In this document: one piece after another, positions 15,851 through 30,714 of the stretch | Layout: each line of letters starts with the position of its first letter | Position numbering within the stretch: the first letter of the stretch is position 1 | Assembly: GCF_009914755.1 (NCBI RefSeq) | Contig: NC_060935.1 | Strand: one strand, 5' to 3' | Source of the DNA: the human T2T-CHM13v2.0 reference genome, Homo sapiens | DNA: 64,000 bases | Notes under the pieces: model-generated | Told to the model about the DNA's origin: nothing | Seen by the model: the letters and a program-made list of their open reading frames with translations, nothing else | Databases searched by the model: none | Program-made: the position numbers and the translations under genes

Positions 15851-16242
15851 AATTAAAAATACACGTACACATGAACAACTCAAGTGTCTACATTGATTTT
15901 GGGAACAGAGGTAATATGAATGGAGCTAACTTAAAAGTATTTAAATTTAGTTTTAGTTTGGTTTTACTTTTTTTTCCAACAGATTTGCCTCTCTAATCAT
16001 GTTTTGCTCACCCTAATTTTAGACCAAGTCTGAATTAAATGAACACACACCAGCTGGACAGTAGGAGGAAGCAGCTAAGAAGACAGTCTAGAAAAGAACA
16101 TTTGCTTTGGGTGACTGATGTGCAAATAATGAACAGTGGCCCGGGTTTGCAGCCCAGCAGCCTCCTGAAGTTGACAGCATTAAAGTTAAGACCCATTGCA
16201 ACAGTGCCCTGGCATTTGCACAGAGTCTAAATCAATGTAAAA

Positions 16243-16764
16243 CTATGGCAGTTGATTGCAAAAATGGCCCTGATTATTCCCATCCTTGTAACCTTGTTGT
16301 TACAATTCAGCTCGTAGCTCTTCTTATCAGGAGGTAGAGTCTACTTCGCTGCCTCTTGACTTGGGCTGGCCTTTTGGATTGCTGGGCCAATGCAATGAAG
16401 CAAAAGTAATGGTGTAAGATGTGCCTGTCCAAGCCTAGGCATTAAAGGGTCATGGAAACTTTACTCCCTTTCTTGAAATCTGCCTTGGCCATGAGTCAAA
16501 ACCTGGACTAGTCTGTTGGGATGAGAGACTACATGGACCCAGGCTGGGGTCCTGGACATGTGAGAGAGCCCAGCTAAGATTTGCAAAGCTAACCTGAAGC
16601 TGACCTGCAAACTGAGCACAAAGACACAAGGGAGTCTATCTGGGATCAGAACTGCCCAGCTGACCTATACATTCATGAGTTAAATAAAAGCTTATTGTTT
16701 GAAGCCACTGGATTTCATGACCATTTTTTATGTAGCATTACTGTGGCAGTAGATGACAGGTACG
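16243..16764 (+). mobile_element. MLT1-type MaLR LTR
   Basis: MLT1-like start, AATAAA, and end 'gtagcattactgtggcagtagatgacaggtac'. Confidence 0.7.
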
Positions 16765-16831
16765 GAACTCTATGGCTGTCTTAGCTTCTTTCCTTCCCAC
16801 CTCTAGTACTATACTGTTGCCTTCTCACTAT

Positions 16832-17655
<824 letters not shown>

Positions 17656-17783
17656 AACTCCTCAGTCCCTGTTGTAAGCTCAGCTTGTTAAAGAACACCC
17701 ATCATGTGTCTGATCATTCACCCATGGTCATACATGGCCCCTGACCACAAGGAATGGATAGTCATGTGGAGAGGCAGGTGGAC

Positions 17784-18117
17784 ACCTTACTACTGCAAGA
17801 ATGGCCGTCATCAAAAAATCAAAAAATAATAGATGTTGGCGTGGATGTGGTTAAAAAGCTTACACTTCTACATTGCTGGTGGGAATGTAAACTAGTACAA
17901 CCACTATGAAAAACAGTGTGGAAATTCCTTAAAGAGCTAAAAGTAGAACAACCATTTGATCCAGCAATCTCACTACTGAGTATCTACCCAGAGGAAAAGA
18001 AGTCATTGCGCAAGAGAGATACTTGCACATGCATGTTTATGGCAGCACAATTTGCAATTGCAAAAACGTGGAACCAACCCAAATGCCCATCAATCAACAA
18101 GTGGATAAAGAAACTGC

Positions 18118-18167
<50 letters not shown>

Positions 18168-18487
18168 TCGCAGTGACCTGGATGACATTGGAGACTATTA
18201 TTCTAAATGAAGTCACTCAGGAATGGAAAACAAAACATTGTATGTTCTCATTCATAAGTGGGAGCTAAGCTATGAGGATGCCAAGGGATAAGAGATGACA
18301 CAATGGACTTTGAGGACTCAGGGGGAAAGGGTGGGAAGTGGGTGAGGGATAAAAGACTACAAATTGTGTGTACTCAGGTCATGGGTGCACCAAAATCTCA
18401 GAAATCACCACTAAAGAACTTAATCACGTAACCAAGCACGACCTGTTCCTCAATAACCTATTACAATAAAAAAATTTTTTTTAAAAA
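17784..18487 (+). mobile_element. 5'-truncated L1PB 3' end with an internal (AT)n at ~18120-18161
   Basis: L1 ORF2 C-terminus/3'UTR sequence, A tail, TSD AGA(G/A)GCAGGTGGACA. Confidence 0.88.
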
Positions 18488-18767
18488 GAAGCAGGTGGAC
18501 AGAACTGAAGTGTGCCTTGAACGTCATGAACACACAGGAAAGGGGCACTCAACCCTATCTACAGGTTCAGCAAAATTTACTGACAATGACCTCTGAGCTG
18601 TCTTAAAAAATGAATGCAAGTTTGTCAGGTGAAAGGATGTGCGAGGGATTTCCAGGTAAAGGGGGCAACATAGGGAAAGGCATGGAGGCCTGTAGGCAAG
18701 AGACTAGTAAGAAGTGAAACATTCCAGGTTGTCTCAATGATATAGTTTATAGTACAGTCTCTTATAT

Positions 18768-18928
18768 CCCTGCTACTCAAAGTATGGCCAGCAGACCAGC
18801 AGCTGCAACATCACCTGGGAGCTTGTTAGAAATGTCCATACTTGAGTCCCACTCCAGACCTGCATCAGAATGTGCTTTTAAGTAAGATGCTGAGATGGTT
18901 CAAGGGCATATTAAAGTTTGAGACATGC
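18768..18928. mobile_element. MER5A-like hAT DNA transposon
   Basis: 'ctactcaaagtatgg...catcacctgggagcttgttagaaatg...aagtttgaga' signature. Confidence 0.7.
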
Positions 18929-19254
18929 TTAATTATAGCACTGGTATTAGTGGTGGGGGCTAACAACTTGTCTTATAACCTCATCAGAGTATATGAACCT
19001 TTTAATGGTAACTTTTGTAGAAAGTGAGTTCACCTGCAGAAGGTATATGCTTGTAGCAATTATACTTCTAGACTACCAACTAATATAGCTATTTTTCTTG
19101 GCGACATGTCTTATTACCCTAATTAGATTGTAATCAAGGAGTCTGTTTCCTTGATTCATTACTCTTGAACACCTAATGGCAGAAAGAAAATGCCGAGATG
19201 ACAGAGACAGAATCTTTTCCTTTAGGAGCCTCAATCTGGTAAAAGGAGAACTGT

Positions 19255-19470
19255 AACTCAGAGCTCTCAGCCTTGCTCTACTTCTTGCCAAGGAGTATCT
19301 TGGACAAGTTTCTCAATGTCACTGAGCCTCATTTTTCTCATCTATAAAATAGGGATAACACCCCGGTTGCAGGTTCCCTGTGAGGATTAGAGATAACGTG
19401 TAAAAAGTACTCGGCATGGCTCCTGGGAGGGCCAGCACTCCACAAGGGGTAGCTGTAATGGTAAATAATC
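19255..19470 (+). mobile_element. MIR SINE
   Basis: Core 'ctgagcctcatttttctcatctataaaatagggata...gtgaggattagagataa'. Confidence 0.8.
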
Positions 19471-20961
19471 ATAAACATACTTTGATAGCGCAGGAGAGAA
19501 AGAGGTTACATTTAGTTGAGGGAATCGAAACAGGTCCTGTGAAAGAGCTAGACTAGCAATGGCAGTTTAGCATCAGACAGGCAGAAATTGTAGAGAAAGA
19601 GTTTTGTAAGCGAAGGAAATTAAATAAGTAAACACATTCTCAGAGATGAGATCGCATAAGGGCATATTTGGAAACTAAAAACTCATCTGATTTTCTTCCT
19701 CTGATTTGTGAATTTATTGATAGGAATGCTCTTTTCCAAGGTAAAACAATTTGATCACTGAAAAAATATTTATGCATTTTATGCATTTAACAAGTCGTCC
19801 TTGCTGTAAAGATTAAAATGGCAGGAAGTAAGATCTCCCAGCAAATCTGGGCCGTATGTTGCTTCCCATTGTGGTTGTACATGCAGAGTCAGCCATTGTG
19901 TTGGCTGCCTGCTGCCCAGACAGCGGGGTGAGCTCAGGACAGAGCCCTGCTTCAGCATGAATGCCTCTGCCTTCTCTTGCGAACACATTCCCTCCGCCAC
20001 TTAAGAATGCACAGAGCATTTGCCAGGTCGGGAATGCCTGGGTATGACAGCACCATTTGCAAAGTAAAGAGTCTATTTATGAAGATAATGGCAATATCCA
20101 GGCCAAGCCCACCGTGGGAGAACCTTGGCTCCTAATTAGCAAGAGCAGTGCATTTTAATGAGGACGCCTCGGCAGGCAGTTGGCTCCTGCCTTGACTGCC
20201 AACAAATCTGGGGCAGAGGGAGTATTGGCAGAGAGAACACAGAGCAGGTGAGGAGAACAAAACAAAGAAATATGCTCATCTCTTGGAAACCGTAAGCCTT
20301 AGAATTATTCGATTTTCTCATTATCCTGGCTGTCATCCCATAAGCTGTTTCTCTGAGAACAAATACTCTTAGAAGTGGTGGGTCTTGGGTGAGCTAAGGT
20401 GAGCCGACGCATCAGTTTTAGCAATCCTGAAACTATTGCTAGTATGGACAGCAGAGACCTAAAGGGCATGGAGGCCTGGAAACGGAGGCATTTGAACTCT
20501 CTAGGAAGGCAATTAGACAATTGCTAAGAGGCCTGTAGAGAAATCAGAATCCCTTGCATTTTTCTGGATGGGGAAGAAAGAACAGCAGTGGCTCCCACTT
20601 CCATCAATCCTGTAGAGGTGAGGTGATACCATCAAAGGTAATTTAAGCTAGAACTTCAAAATCTGTTGCTGGATGCTGATGGGTGACATAAAGAAAGCAG
20701 AACTCCTCAGCATCTATGTAGTTTCTGAATTCTGTCTCAGAAGATGATCTTTTGACTGAAAATGATGAATAACCATTCACAGGTGGGAATAGATGTTCCA
20801 AGATGCATGAGTGAACTGTGAAACACCTTAATCCTTTAATGGCTTCAAGTTTTGAGTCCATGCAAATTACACCTCCAAATACCAAGATAATGTGTAAGTA
20901 AGATGGTTGGACTCCAGTTGGTTATCTCTGATGCATCAGGAACATTAAAAGAAGTACTGGA

Positions 20962-21257
<296 letters not shown>

Positions 21258-21383
21258 AGAAGTACTGGAAAATAATTATTTCAGAAATAGAGAAGATTCC
21301 TGGAGCTACAGACCTGTTTTTTTTGTTTTTTGTTTTTTTGTTTTGTTTTTTGGCAATGCACCCAAGCAAGATAAACCATGGGA

Positions 21384-21683
21384 TGTGTTGTTGTTGTTGT
21401 TGTTGTTTCTGAGACAGAGTCTCGCTCTGTCGCCCAGGCTGGAGTGCAGTGGCGTGATCTGAGCTCACTGCTGCCTCTGTCTCCCGGGTTCAAGCAATTC
21501 TCCTGCCTCAGCCTCCTGAGTAGCTAGGATTACAGGCGTGCACCACCTGCCCGGCTAATTTTTGTATTTTCAGTAGAGAAGGGGTTTCACCATGTTGGCC
21601 AGGCTGGTCTTGAACTCCTGACCTCGTGATCTGTCTGCCTCGGCCTCCCAAAGTGCTGGTGTTGTGAGCCACCGTGCCCGGCC
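21384..21683 (-). mobile_element. AluS with a (CAA)n-derived tail
   Basis: Antisense Alu, TSD CCATGGGAT. Confidence 0.9.
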
Positions 21684-21779
21684 CATGGGATTTTTAAAAA
21701 GAATGTGTGAGCCACTTAAAGTGAAAGAGGTGATCTTCAGGAATAGGCATGAGATCACCACACACACACAAAGAGTCAT

Positions 21780-22500
21780 GGTAGAGACTGCTAATTATCC
21801 CTCAGTATCTGTTCTCTGTCTTTTCCATAGTAACAGAAATTTTAGCAGAACAAACAGAGAATGCAAAGGGGCCACCCGCATTCTTTGGCTTGTGGCCACT
21901 CCTTCCATCTTCAAAGTCGGCAACATAGCATCTTCAGATGGCTTTTGCTCTCTCCCCTCCGCTTCCATCCTCTGTCTTCTCTCACCTGAATCTCTCGCCT
22001 CCCTCTTAGAAGGATGCTCCTGATTACATTGAGTCCATCAAGACAATCCAGGGTAACCTCCTCATCTGAAAATATTTAATATAATTGCATCTACAAAGTC
22101 CCTTTTCCATGTAAAGTAACATATTTGCAGCTTCCAGGGTTTAGGACACGAGCATTTGGGGGTGGGGGGCGCTTTTCAGCCTACTTCGGCTATCAAGATA
22201 AAAACTCAATTTCCCAGCCTCACTTGCAGCTGCGTTTAGAACACATGACCAAGCCCTGGCAATGGATATGAGCCAAAGGGAAGTGTTGTCCTTCTAAGTC
22301 TTGCTCTTCGAGGAAAGTACCTGCTATTTGCTGAAACATGAATGAGTGAGCCCTTTGGACTTGGCAGATGAGGCCAGTACCTGGGTGTGGCCCAGCCACA
22401 AGGGCCTACGCCCCTGCAGATTTCTTGGAGCAAGGCCACCATAGCAGCTTGGACTTTTACATGATAAAAAGACAAACTTCTGTCTTGTTTAAGATACCTA
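21780..22500. mobile_element. MLT1-type LTR with a second MaLR fragment nested at ~21850-22185
   Basis: MLT1J-like ends plus an MLT1A/B-like middle segment. Confidence 0.55.
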
Positions 22501-23106
22501 GACAGAATTATATCCTGCTTAATACATTACTCAGGGAAGACCAGGGAACTGTAATTGACAGAATGTTTTGGGACTTCAACAGTGTTTATTAAAATCTCTT
22601 ATAGGTATCCTTGTGCTCAAGATAGAGAAAGATGAGTTAAAGCCAAGAATAATTAGGTGGGTTTATAACTGCTTGAGTGACCATAAGGGTGCAGAGTAAT
22701 GTGTTGGTTTTAATCTCTACAGAGAGGTTTTAATATTATGGCCCTGTTATAATCCATGCTCCGGACAGGTCAAATCACAGCTGAAATACTTAATTTTCTT
22801 CCAAGGGCCTCATCTGAAGAAGGCTACAGACATAGATGAGCATGCCAGGGATAGCAATGAAATGATGAGGGGACTGGAAAACATGTCATATAAAGACATG
22901 TCAATATAGATACGAGAAGGAATTCAGATATTTAGAAAGCATTTATTAGGTGTAAGTTACAATGCTATGTGAGAAAGGGTAGAATACATGAGGACGCATT
23001 TCCTTGCCCTCCTAAGAGATAAGGAGCATTTATATAAATGTATGTGGATATATACAAGGTAACTCACCAGACTTAGCTTGCAGTCGTTTATTAAGGATCT
23101 ATCTGT

Positions 23107-23233
23107 GGACCAGGCATGGTGGAGCATGCCTGTTGTTCCAGCTACACGGGAGGATTGTTCCAGCCCAGGAGTTCGAGGCCAGCCTGGGCAACATAGCGAG
23201 ATGCCCTATCTCTTAAAAAAAAAAAAAAAAAAA
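23107..23233 (+). mobile_element. Free Alu monomer (FLAM-like)
   Basis: Single monomer with poly(A) and an imperfect TSD. Confidence 0.8.
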
Positions 23234-24061
23234 GGAATCTGTTTGTGGGGGTTTTCTTGTTTTGTTTCTATTTTGTTTATGTTGTGTTTCTCTAGAAAAA
23301 AAGTCCTTTTGTCCATCCCTAGGGGATGATGACAATTCAGAAAGATTGGAAACATTGTTTTACTCTGGCAAGAGATCTGATTGAGTTTCTAGGAATTGTG
23401 GGGGCTAACAAGTATTAGGGTGTTGCCAAGGATTTACAAACTTTCTAGCCCACCATCAACCATCAAGCTCATTTAGAGATCCATCAAGCCCTTTTATGGC
23501 TAAAAAAACAAAGAAACAAAAAAAAGTTAATGAGAAGAATAAGGGCTTTTGAGAGTGCGGCCAAAAAAGGGAATGGGTAGGAAACCAAGAAGCAGATAGG
23601 AAAAAAGGACCCTGAGTCTGAGGGTGTCTATTCCTGAGAGCTGGACTCTGGTTGAACCATGGCTCTGTAAGTGCCAGGGGCAGCAGACCCCAAGAAGAAG
23701 CATGGTGTGGGGGTGATACATGAGTGTGCTGTGCCTGTCCAGAAACTGTGGGTTCCAGCACCTAGGGCTTTAGAGCCATTCACCAGGCACGAGTGGGCTG
23801 CTGGCCCTGTCTGTGCTTCAAGCACTCATCTCCAGACACTCTGGCCACAATTCCCCAGGACCTTCTTGCACACTTGTGGGCCACCATAACTGTGCTTGGT
23901 GCTGGCGTAGGATGTGTGCGTGTACTCTGAGCTAGGGATAAAAGGGAGTAAGTATCCCCCTTACCCAAATGATTATAGCTCAGGATAACTTGGGCTTCCC
24001 AGCTGCATGGGCATTTGCACTGGCCTTGAAAGCTGCCGCAATTTAGATAAGCATGAGATCT

Positions 24062-24081
24062 CCACACACACACACACACAC
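24062..24081 (+). repeat. (CA)n microsatellite
   Basis: Seen directly. Confidence 0.9.
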
Positions 24082-24789
24082 AAAACTTGAACAAGTTTTC
24101 CTTTATGTTCAAGTTTCCCTTTATGGTTTCTTCTCCCCTTATGTCTGGTTTCTTTTTCTTTCCATGTCCAATTCTCAGGAAAGTTCAAAACAGTTTCCAT
24201 TTCATGCAGTGGTTAAACAGCAACTTCCTTTGTCCTGCAGTCCTTCCTGTGTCCCCTCTGATCCTGACCGCAAAACCACCTGCATTTCTCTCCCTGCCTG
24301 AGAAGTCCTTGGTCTTTTGCCTGCCTCCTGGCTATTGTTTCTCCCTTCCATGGTGGGGCAGGGCGGCAGCCTGCATGAAAGATGGGTACAAACAATGCTG
24401 TACACCAATCTGGTTTCAAATAAATACCACTTCGAGACCATCGAAAAGTAGTTCACAGGTAGGAAGACTTCTTGGTTCCCAGCTCATGGAGGTGTTCGCT
24501 TGTTTACTTGATAGAACTCTGGGGACAGATGACAAAATGGAACATGATCTCTGATTGGCAATGGCTACTCAGAGGCCCCTGTCAGAAATCTGGGCTAAGT
24601 TTGCAAGTTGTAGAGGAGCGAGAGTGCACCAAGAGTTAGAAAAATTATCACTCCTTCAATTAAAAAAAAAAAAAGCTCAAATGTTCTTGATGACATCTTT
24701 CCTGTCTACAAGTTTTATACTGAATCCTGCTGGTGTTCCACATACACAACTTAATATCTCCCATTGATTGGCTGCTTGCTGTGTTTCAA

Positions 24790-24960
24790 AGCTTTACATA
24801 CAACACATGAGGTGGACAGAATCTCTGTTTCACAGAAGGGGAAACTGCAGCTCAGAGCCCTTCAGTAATCTGTGCAGTGTCATTTGGGTTAAGGTGGGAG
24901 GCTGGGATTTGAACCCAGATTTGTCTGGTTTCAAAGCGTGTGTTCTTTCCTCAATACTTC
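24790..24960 (-). mobile_element. MIR SINE
   Basis: 'tttcacagaaggggaaactgcagctcagag...gggatttgaacccagatttgtctg'. Confidence 0.75.
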
Positions 24961-25789
24961 GCTAGTAACGTGGTAACAGCAGCAAAAAGAACGTGATCTA
25001 AAAAGGAGTTACTTCGAATTTTCCACATTATCCAATGCATTATTGTCCGTATAACCATTTTGCCCCCTTTCACCACTCCATACTGGAATGCTTGGGAGAG
25101 CTTTTACCCCAGGCAGCTGGTCCTGGCCCATTTACATGCACACCTAGACAGCTGCAGAGATCCCAAGGGCACACATGTAACTTCCTGTGTCTGGTACTTT
25201 GTGCAAAACCCTACCCCTCCCACACAAACTCTGGTAACCTTGGTTTGACAAAGGAGAGTCCATTTAGGGGACAATTGTCAGTGTTCTTCTGAAGAATTGC
25301 TCTCCTCCTTAGGGGCAGGAGGGCAAGTACAGATTGCTGTGAACACCTCAATCTTTTCCTGGCCACGTGGAGTATTTGTATACCCAGCACAGGGCAACAA
25401 AGGAGTGAAGAGTCCCAGGTCTCATGTAAACTCCTATGTTCTTTTTCTCAAAATGGAGAATTGGGCTTACCATTCAATCCACTGTCTTGTACGCATGACA
25501 GAAACCAAGTACATATTTGCGGAATGAGGGAATATTAACTAGGCACCCATAGCACGTGGTGTAAGAGAGCATTCAGGCTGTCTTACAACCTGAGCCAAAA
25601 TCCAAAGCACCAAAATAGGATGGGTAGCTAAAAAATTGGATCATTGAGGGAGATGGTTACTTTGTAGCATCATTACAATACTGATGTAATTCTAACCTTC
25701 CTTGCTGCAATGGTTCACTTGGGTGCCAAATAAAGAGTCTGTATTGGGTGATTATTAAGGATTCTTTCGCCTGAATTTTATAATAAGTG

Positions 25790-25892
25790 GAGAAATAAAT
25801 AGCGTAAATAAAAAGTGTAAATAAGAAAATAGAAATAAAAAGTGTAAATAAAAAATAGGAATAAAAGGTGTAAATAAGTGTAGAAATAAATG
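25790..25892 (+). repeat. A-rich degenerate minisatellite (AAATAAAAAGTGTAAATAA units)
   Basis: Three to four imperfect copies seen directly. Confidence 0.75.
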
Positions 25893-26354
25893 CCAATTTT
25901 TTAGGAGAAGTAAATGACAAATTTTCTCACCAAGGAAAGTTTTTATTTCCCCCTGAACTAAAGCAGTTTAGGGAATTCGATCTGAACTTCTCATTTGAAT
26001 TCCTGAATTTTTTTTAAGGCAAACTAGAATAAATATGATTTTAAAACCAAGAAGAAAAATTAAGTCATTTCACAAAATTAGAGCCTTATCATCAGTGACA
26101 GATTAATAATGAAACTTCCAAGAGTGCTGAATAAATTGCATTAACTTTGTCACTTCATAACAATAGGACACCAAAGGGGTGATTAAATTTATCTCCCTGA
26201 CACAAGCGATAACTCCATACCAAAGGTAGTGTTAAATTGTATAGAAAATGGCTTCCTCCCCCTTCCTGTATTAAGATGTTAGGTAATGACACATAAAAGT
26301 GATTAATAGATTCCTAAACTGGGGCTTATTGAGCAGCTCAAACTAAACTGAATT

Positions 26355-26940
26355 TCTTTTTTAAATTAATGTTTATTTTTACAAAGTAATAAATGCACAT
26401 AGCAAAAAGAGAAAAAAAAGTGAAATGGTAGCAAAAGGACAGACGGAAAATCAGCTGTCCCCTGCCTGCATGCCTTCTGTCCCCAGCCCACTCCCCAGAC
26501 CTCTTACTTTCCATTTTTAAGCTATTTCTTCTGGTGTTTATTTCTGTACTTGTAAATAATTTGCTTATACAAATTATATCTTGGTGCATCAATTTTAGAT
26601 ATCTATTCGTCTTTCTATTTTGGAAGATGAGAATTTCATGCTCTTATCTCATTTCATCTTTCATTATTATTCATCTCAGCTTTTGCTAATTTGTACTCAG
26701 TACTTTACTATTATAGCTGTATAAATGACATTCATTACTATTCATTAATAGTAGTATACTAGTGGTACACTATCAGTGAATTAAGAGTAGGATACTTTTA
26801 ATTAAGTAGTATAGCTAATAGTATTAGCAGTAGTAGTATTAAGTAGGATACTCTTAAGGAAACTAAAAAGAGTAGTACACTATTATTGTTTCCTTTGTTG
26901 TATAACTTTTTGTCTTTCCTAGAGTTGATCATTATTTTGG
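26355..26940 (-). mobile_element. Old L1ME fragment with a (TAG/TAC)-rich low-complexity tract
   Basis: Degenerate antisense L1 3'-like sequence. Confidence 0.5.
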
Positions 26941-27061
26941 TTCTTTAAAATGTTCTTACTTCTTTAAATATATGCTCAAAGTTATAGGTAATAGATTAGG
27001 TCATAAAACCCTATTGACATCCTAGAACCTTAAGTTAAAAGTAGTAAGGTAAAAAGTAATA

Positions 27062-27188
27062 CACCTGGACACAGTGGTGCACGCCTGTAGTCCCCGGTAC
27101 TCAAAGAGGTGGAGATGAGAAGATTGCTTGAACCCAATTGTATGAGACTGACCTGGGCAACATTAGTAAAACCCCATCTCCTAAAAAG
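27062..27188 (+). mobile_element. Free Alu monomer (FLAM-like)
   Basis: Single monomer, TSD-like AAAAGTA. Confidence 0.75.
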
Positions 27189-27491
27189 TAGTAGGGATAA
27201 CTGTGCACATGCTGCCTTTAACCTTATAAAATGAATTGCATAAATACCAGCTGGAGTCCTAACTTGAACTAGGTGTGAGAGAGAGAGCTGTTCTTTCACT
27301 GATCTCAAACTCCACATGGGTGAATAGTATAATTCAAGCATTAACACAGAATCTTAGGTTACATTAATTTAGGAACTCTCTCTGGAACAGAAAAGATGAT
27401 AGTCCTATTTTACTCATGTTGCCTAATGCACCATATTCTGGTTCCACGTTTTAAGAAAGGCAGAACAAATCAGAGTTTAAAGAATACATCA

Positions 27492-27815
27492 GGCCGGGTG
27501 CAGTGAATCACATCTGTAATCCCAGCACTTTGGGAGGCCGAGACAGGAGGATTGCTTGAGATCAGGAGTTCAAGACCAGCCTAGGCAACATGGCAAGACC
27601 CCATCTCTACAAAAAATACAAAAATTAGCTGGACATGGTGGTGTGTGTGCCTGTAGTCCCAACTACTCAGGAAGCTGAGGTGGGAGGATGGCCTCAGCTT
27701 GGGAGGCAGAGGCTGCAGTTAGCCGAGATCGCGCCACTGCATGCCAGCTTGGGCAAGAGAGTGACAGCCAGTTTCAAAAAATAAAAATAAAAGACAATAA
27801 CAAAAATAAAAATAA
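27492..27815 (+). mobile_element. AluJ
   Basis: Alu dimer with degenerate A tail. Confidence 0.88.
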
Positions 27816-27833
27816 AATTTTAAAAATATATCA

Positions 27834-28171
<338 letters not shown>

Positions 28172-28387
28172 TCATATGATAAGTAATTGAAGGAAATTGA
28201 AATGTCTAGCCTGGAAAAGTCTTAGGGGGAACTTAAAATTGTCTTCAAATATTTCAAGGGCTATCATGTAGAAATTGAAGTAGATTTATGCTGTTTGAAA
28301 GTGCTGGTGTAGGGTCAATCACTGAGTGTCAGGGAGGCAGACAGTTCTTTGAATACAGAACTTTCTAACAACTGGATCCATAACAGT

Positions 28388-28895
28388 TGTGGTCGACACT
28401 GCTCTTATCTCTCCAGTGTCCATTCTCCCATTGATTTTTGGTAGTAGAAGTTTAAGCTGGGCCCCTGGCTGTCCAACTAAAGATTATATTTTCTACTTCT
28501 CCTTACTATGGTCATGAAATTAGGTTCAGGTCAATGAGATAAACGCAGCAACGATGTATGCCACCTCTTGCTCAAACAAGAGGGATCAGTCAAAATCTAA
28601 GAGGGGTCTTTCCTTAAAAGGATTGGGGTGTGCCCTCTTCCTCTCCCTTGACTCTGGCCTTGAATGTTGTCATGATGGATCTTCTCTGATCATGTAGACA
28701 AACCAAGAATAAAGTAGAAGGAGCTTGAGTTCCCAATACAATGGACCCATCTTCTCTTCTCAGCCTTGGAAACATTGCACTAAGTAAGAGAGCATTTCTA
28801 TCTAGTTGAACTTTCTACCAGGTTAAAATTCCCATCTTGTTAAGTCATGTTTGGATCTTTGTTAGACCTGTTTTCATCTAAGTATTAAATAATAC
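28388..28895 (+). mobile_element. MLT1J/K-type LTR
   Basis: TGTGG start, AATACA end, MLT1-like body. Confidence 0.55.
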
Positions 28896-30100
28896 AGACA
28901 CCTCCAAATAGTGGTCTTCAGGAGCCCTCCCTGTCCCTTATGTTCAATCACTTGCTGCCTTAATGCTTCTCACCTGGCTACCTCTCTCCATTCTCACTGC
29001 CCCTACCTTGGCTCAGGCTGCCACGCTTTCTTGCCTGGATTGTTGGAGAAACTTTCTAAGTGGTACTCTGCCTACAGTCTTGTCACACATTCTCTCCATC
29101 TCATCTACCACTTCCAAAATAATATTTTATAAACCCAAATCTTATCATGTGCCATCTCTTCTTAAAATCTTTCCATTACTTCCCACTACATTTAAGGTAA
29201 TGAGTAAATTTCTTAAGACGGTGATGGTGTGGTAGACAAAATGATGCCCTCCCCACTAACGATGTCCACATCCTAATTCCCAGGACCTGAAAATATGTGA
29301 CCTTACTTGACAAAAGAGATCTTGCAAATGTTGACTAAATTAAGGATCTAGAGATGGAAAGATTATCCTGGATCATCCTGGTGGGCTCAATGTGATCACA
29401 AGGGTCCTTCATAAGAGGGGAGCAAGAGGGTGGGAGTTGAAAAAAGAGATAAAGCAGAGTTTGGGTTTATGGGCTTTAAAGATGGAGAAGAGTGACTCAA
29501 GCCAAGGAATGCAGACAGCCTCTGAAACTTGAAAGAGGTAAGGAAAGGGCTTTTCCTCTGGAGCCTCTAGAAGGAACGTGGTCTTGCCAACATCTTCATT
29601 TTAGCCTCCTACGTCTCATTTTCAGCCTTTAACCTTCAGGACAATAAGATAACAAATTGGTGTTATTTTAAGCCACTAAATTTGTGGTACTTTGTGACAG
29701 CAGCAATAGGGAACAAATATAGCTGGCTTTCATCATCTTGCCTTTGTTCATTTCTCTTGCCCCATCTCTCATCAATTCCTTGCTTCCACACTCTACTTTC
29801 CAGCCCTTTTCAATGATGTGTAGTTCCCAGCAAGCAGGGACCTTTGTTTATACTTTTTCTCTCTGAAAATTTTTCTTGTTCCCTTGCCTCCTTTGCTTTG
29901 ACTAATTTTTAAGCCAAGGCTTTTATCTGAGTTCCTCCAAGATGCCTTCACTGAGCACTTAGTGGGTTTCGTGCCCTTCCCTTGGACAGACTCCCTTGGC
30001 ACTTGTACATGTCGCTATCACAGCACCTAGCTCACTGGATTCCTGAATTGCTTTGTTTACAGTTATTTCAGAGCCTAGCTATCTATGCCAATGAATATAG
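28896..30100 (+). mobile_element. L2 fragments split by an MLT1 LTR
   Basis: Pyrimidine-rich L2 3' motifs. Confidence 0.55.
29228..29722 (+). mobile_element. MLT1C/D-type LTR
   Basis: 'gatgtccacatcctaattcccagg...ggagcctctagaagga...gcagcaatagggaacaaatata'. Confidence 0.8.
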
Positions 30101-30225
30101 AATGATCATTCACTGGAAGTAGTCAAGAAGAGGTTAAGATACCTAGTAGAGATACTATAAAATGGGCTTCTATAGTGGTTGGGGAAATACGCCTTCCCAT
30201 TTGAAATGCTTTATATGGAACACTA

Positions 30226-30640
30226 CGGCTATAGTTTGGATGTTTGTCCCCTCCAACTCTCATGTTGAAATCTGACCCCTATTGTTGGAGGTGGGGCCTA
30301 ATGGGAGGTGTTTTGGTCATGGGGATGGACCTCTCATGAATAGATTAATGCCCACCCTTCCCAGGCAGGGGCAAGAGGTGGGAGGGGGTGAGTGAGTTCT
30401 CATTCTGTTAGTTCCGCAGAGAACTGATTGTTGACAAATGTCTGGAACCTTTCCCCTCTCTCTCTTGCTTCCTCTTGCTCTATGAGTGGAAGCAGCCTGA
30501 GACCCTCACCAGAAGCTGAGGAGATGCTGGCATCATGCCTTTTGTGTAGCCTGCAGAACCGTGAGCCAAATAAACCTCTTTTCTTTATAAATTACCCAGT
30601 CTCAGGTATTCCTTTATAGCAACACAAATGGACTAAGACA
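30226..30640 (+). mobile_element. MSTB-like LTR
   Basis: 'gctatagtttggatgtttgtcccctcc...aataaacctcttttctttataaattacccagtctcagg...ggactaagaca'. Confidence 0.85.
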
Positions 30641-30714
30641 ACCACCCATTCCTTCCTCACAGCCATTGTGGCCTAGTCAACTCCTACTCATCCTCCAAGT
30701 GTTAAACATATAAC

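Noticed and set aside
18120-18161. (AT)n tract and other homopolymer or microsatellite runs
   Set aside because: Ordinary simple repeats at known expansion-prone positions of L1 and Alu.
20643-20885. 80-aa minus-strand ORF that looked protein-like
   Set aside because: It lies antisense to the CR1/L3 relic and has no splice or homology support.
24087-24965. Chain of consecutive in-frame + strand ORFs
   Set aside because: Non-ATG starts, no motifs, partly MIR-derived; consistent with chance.
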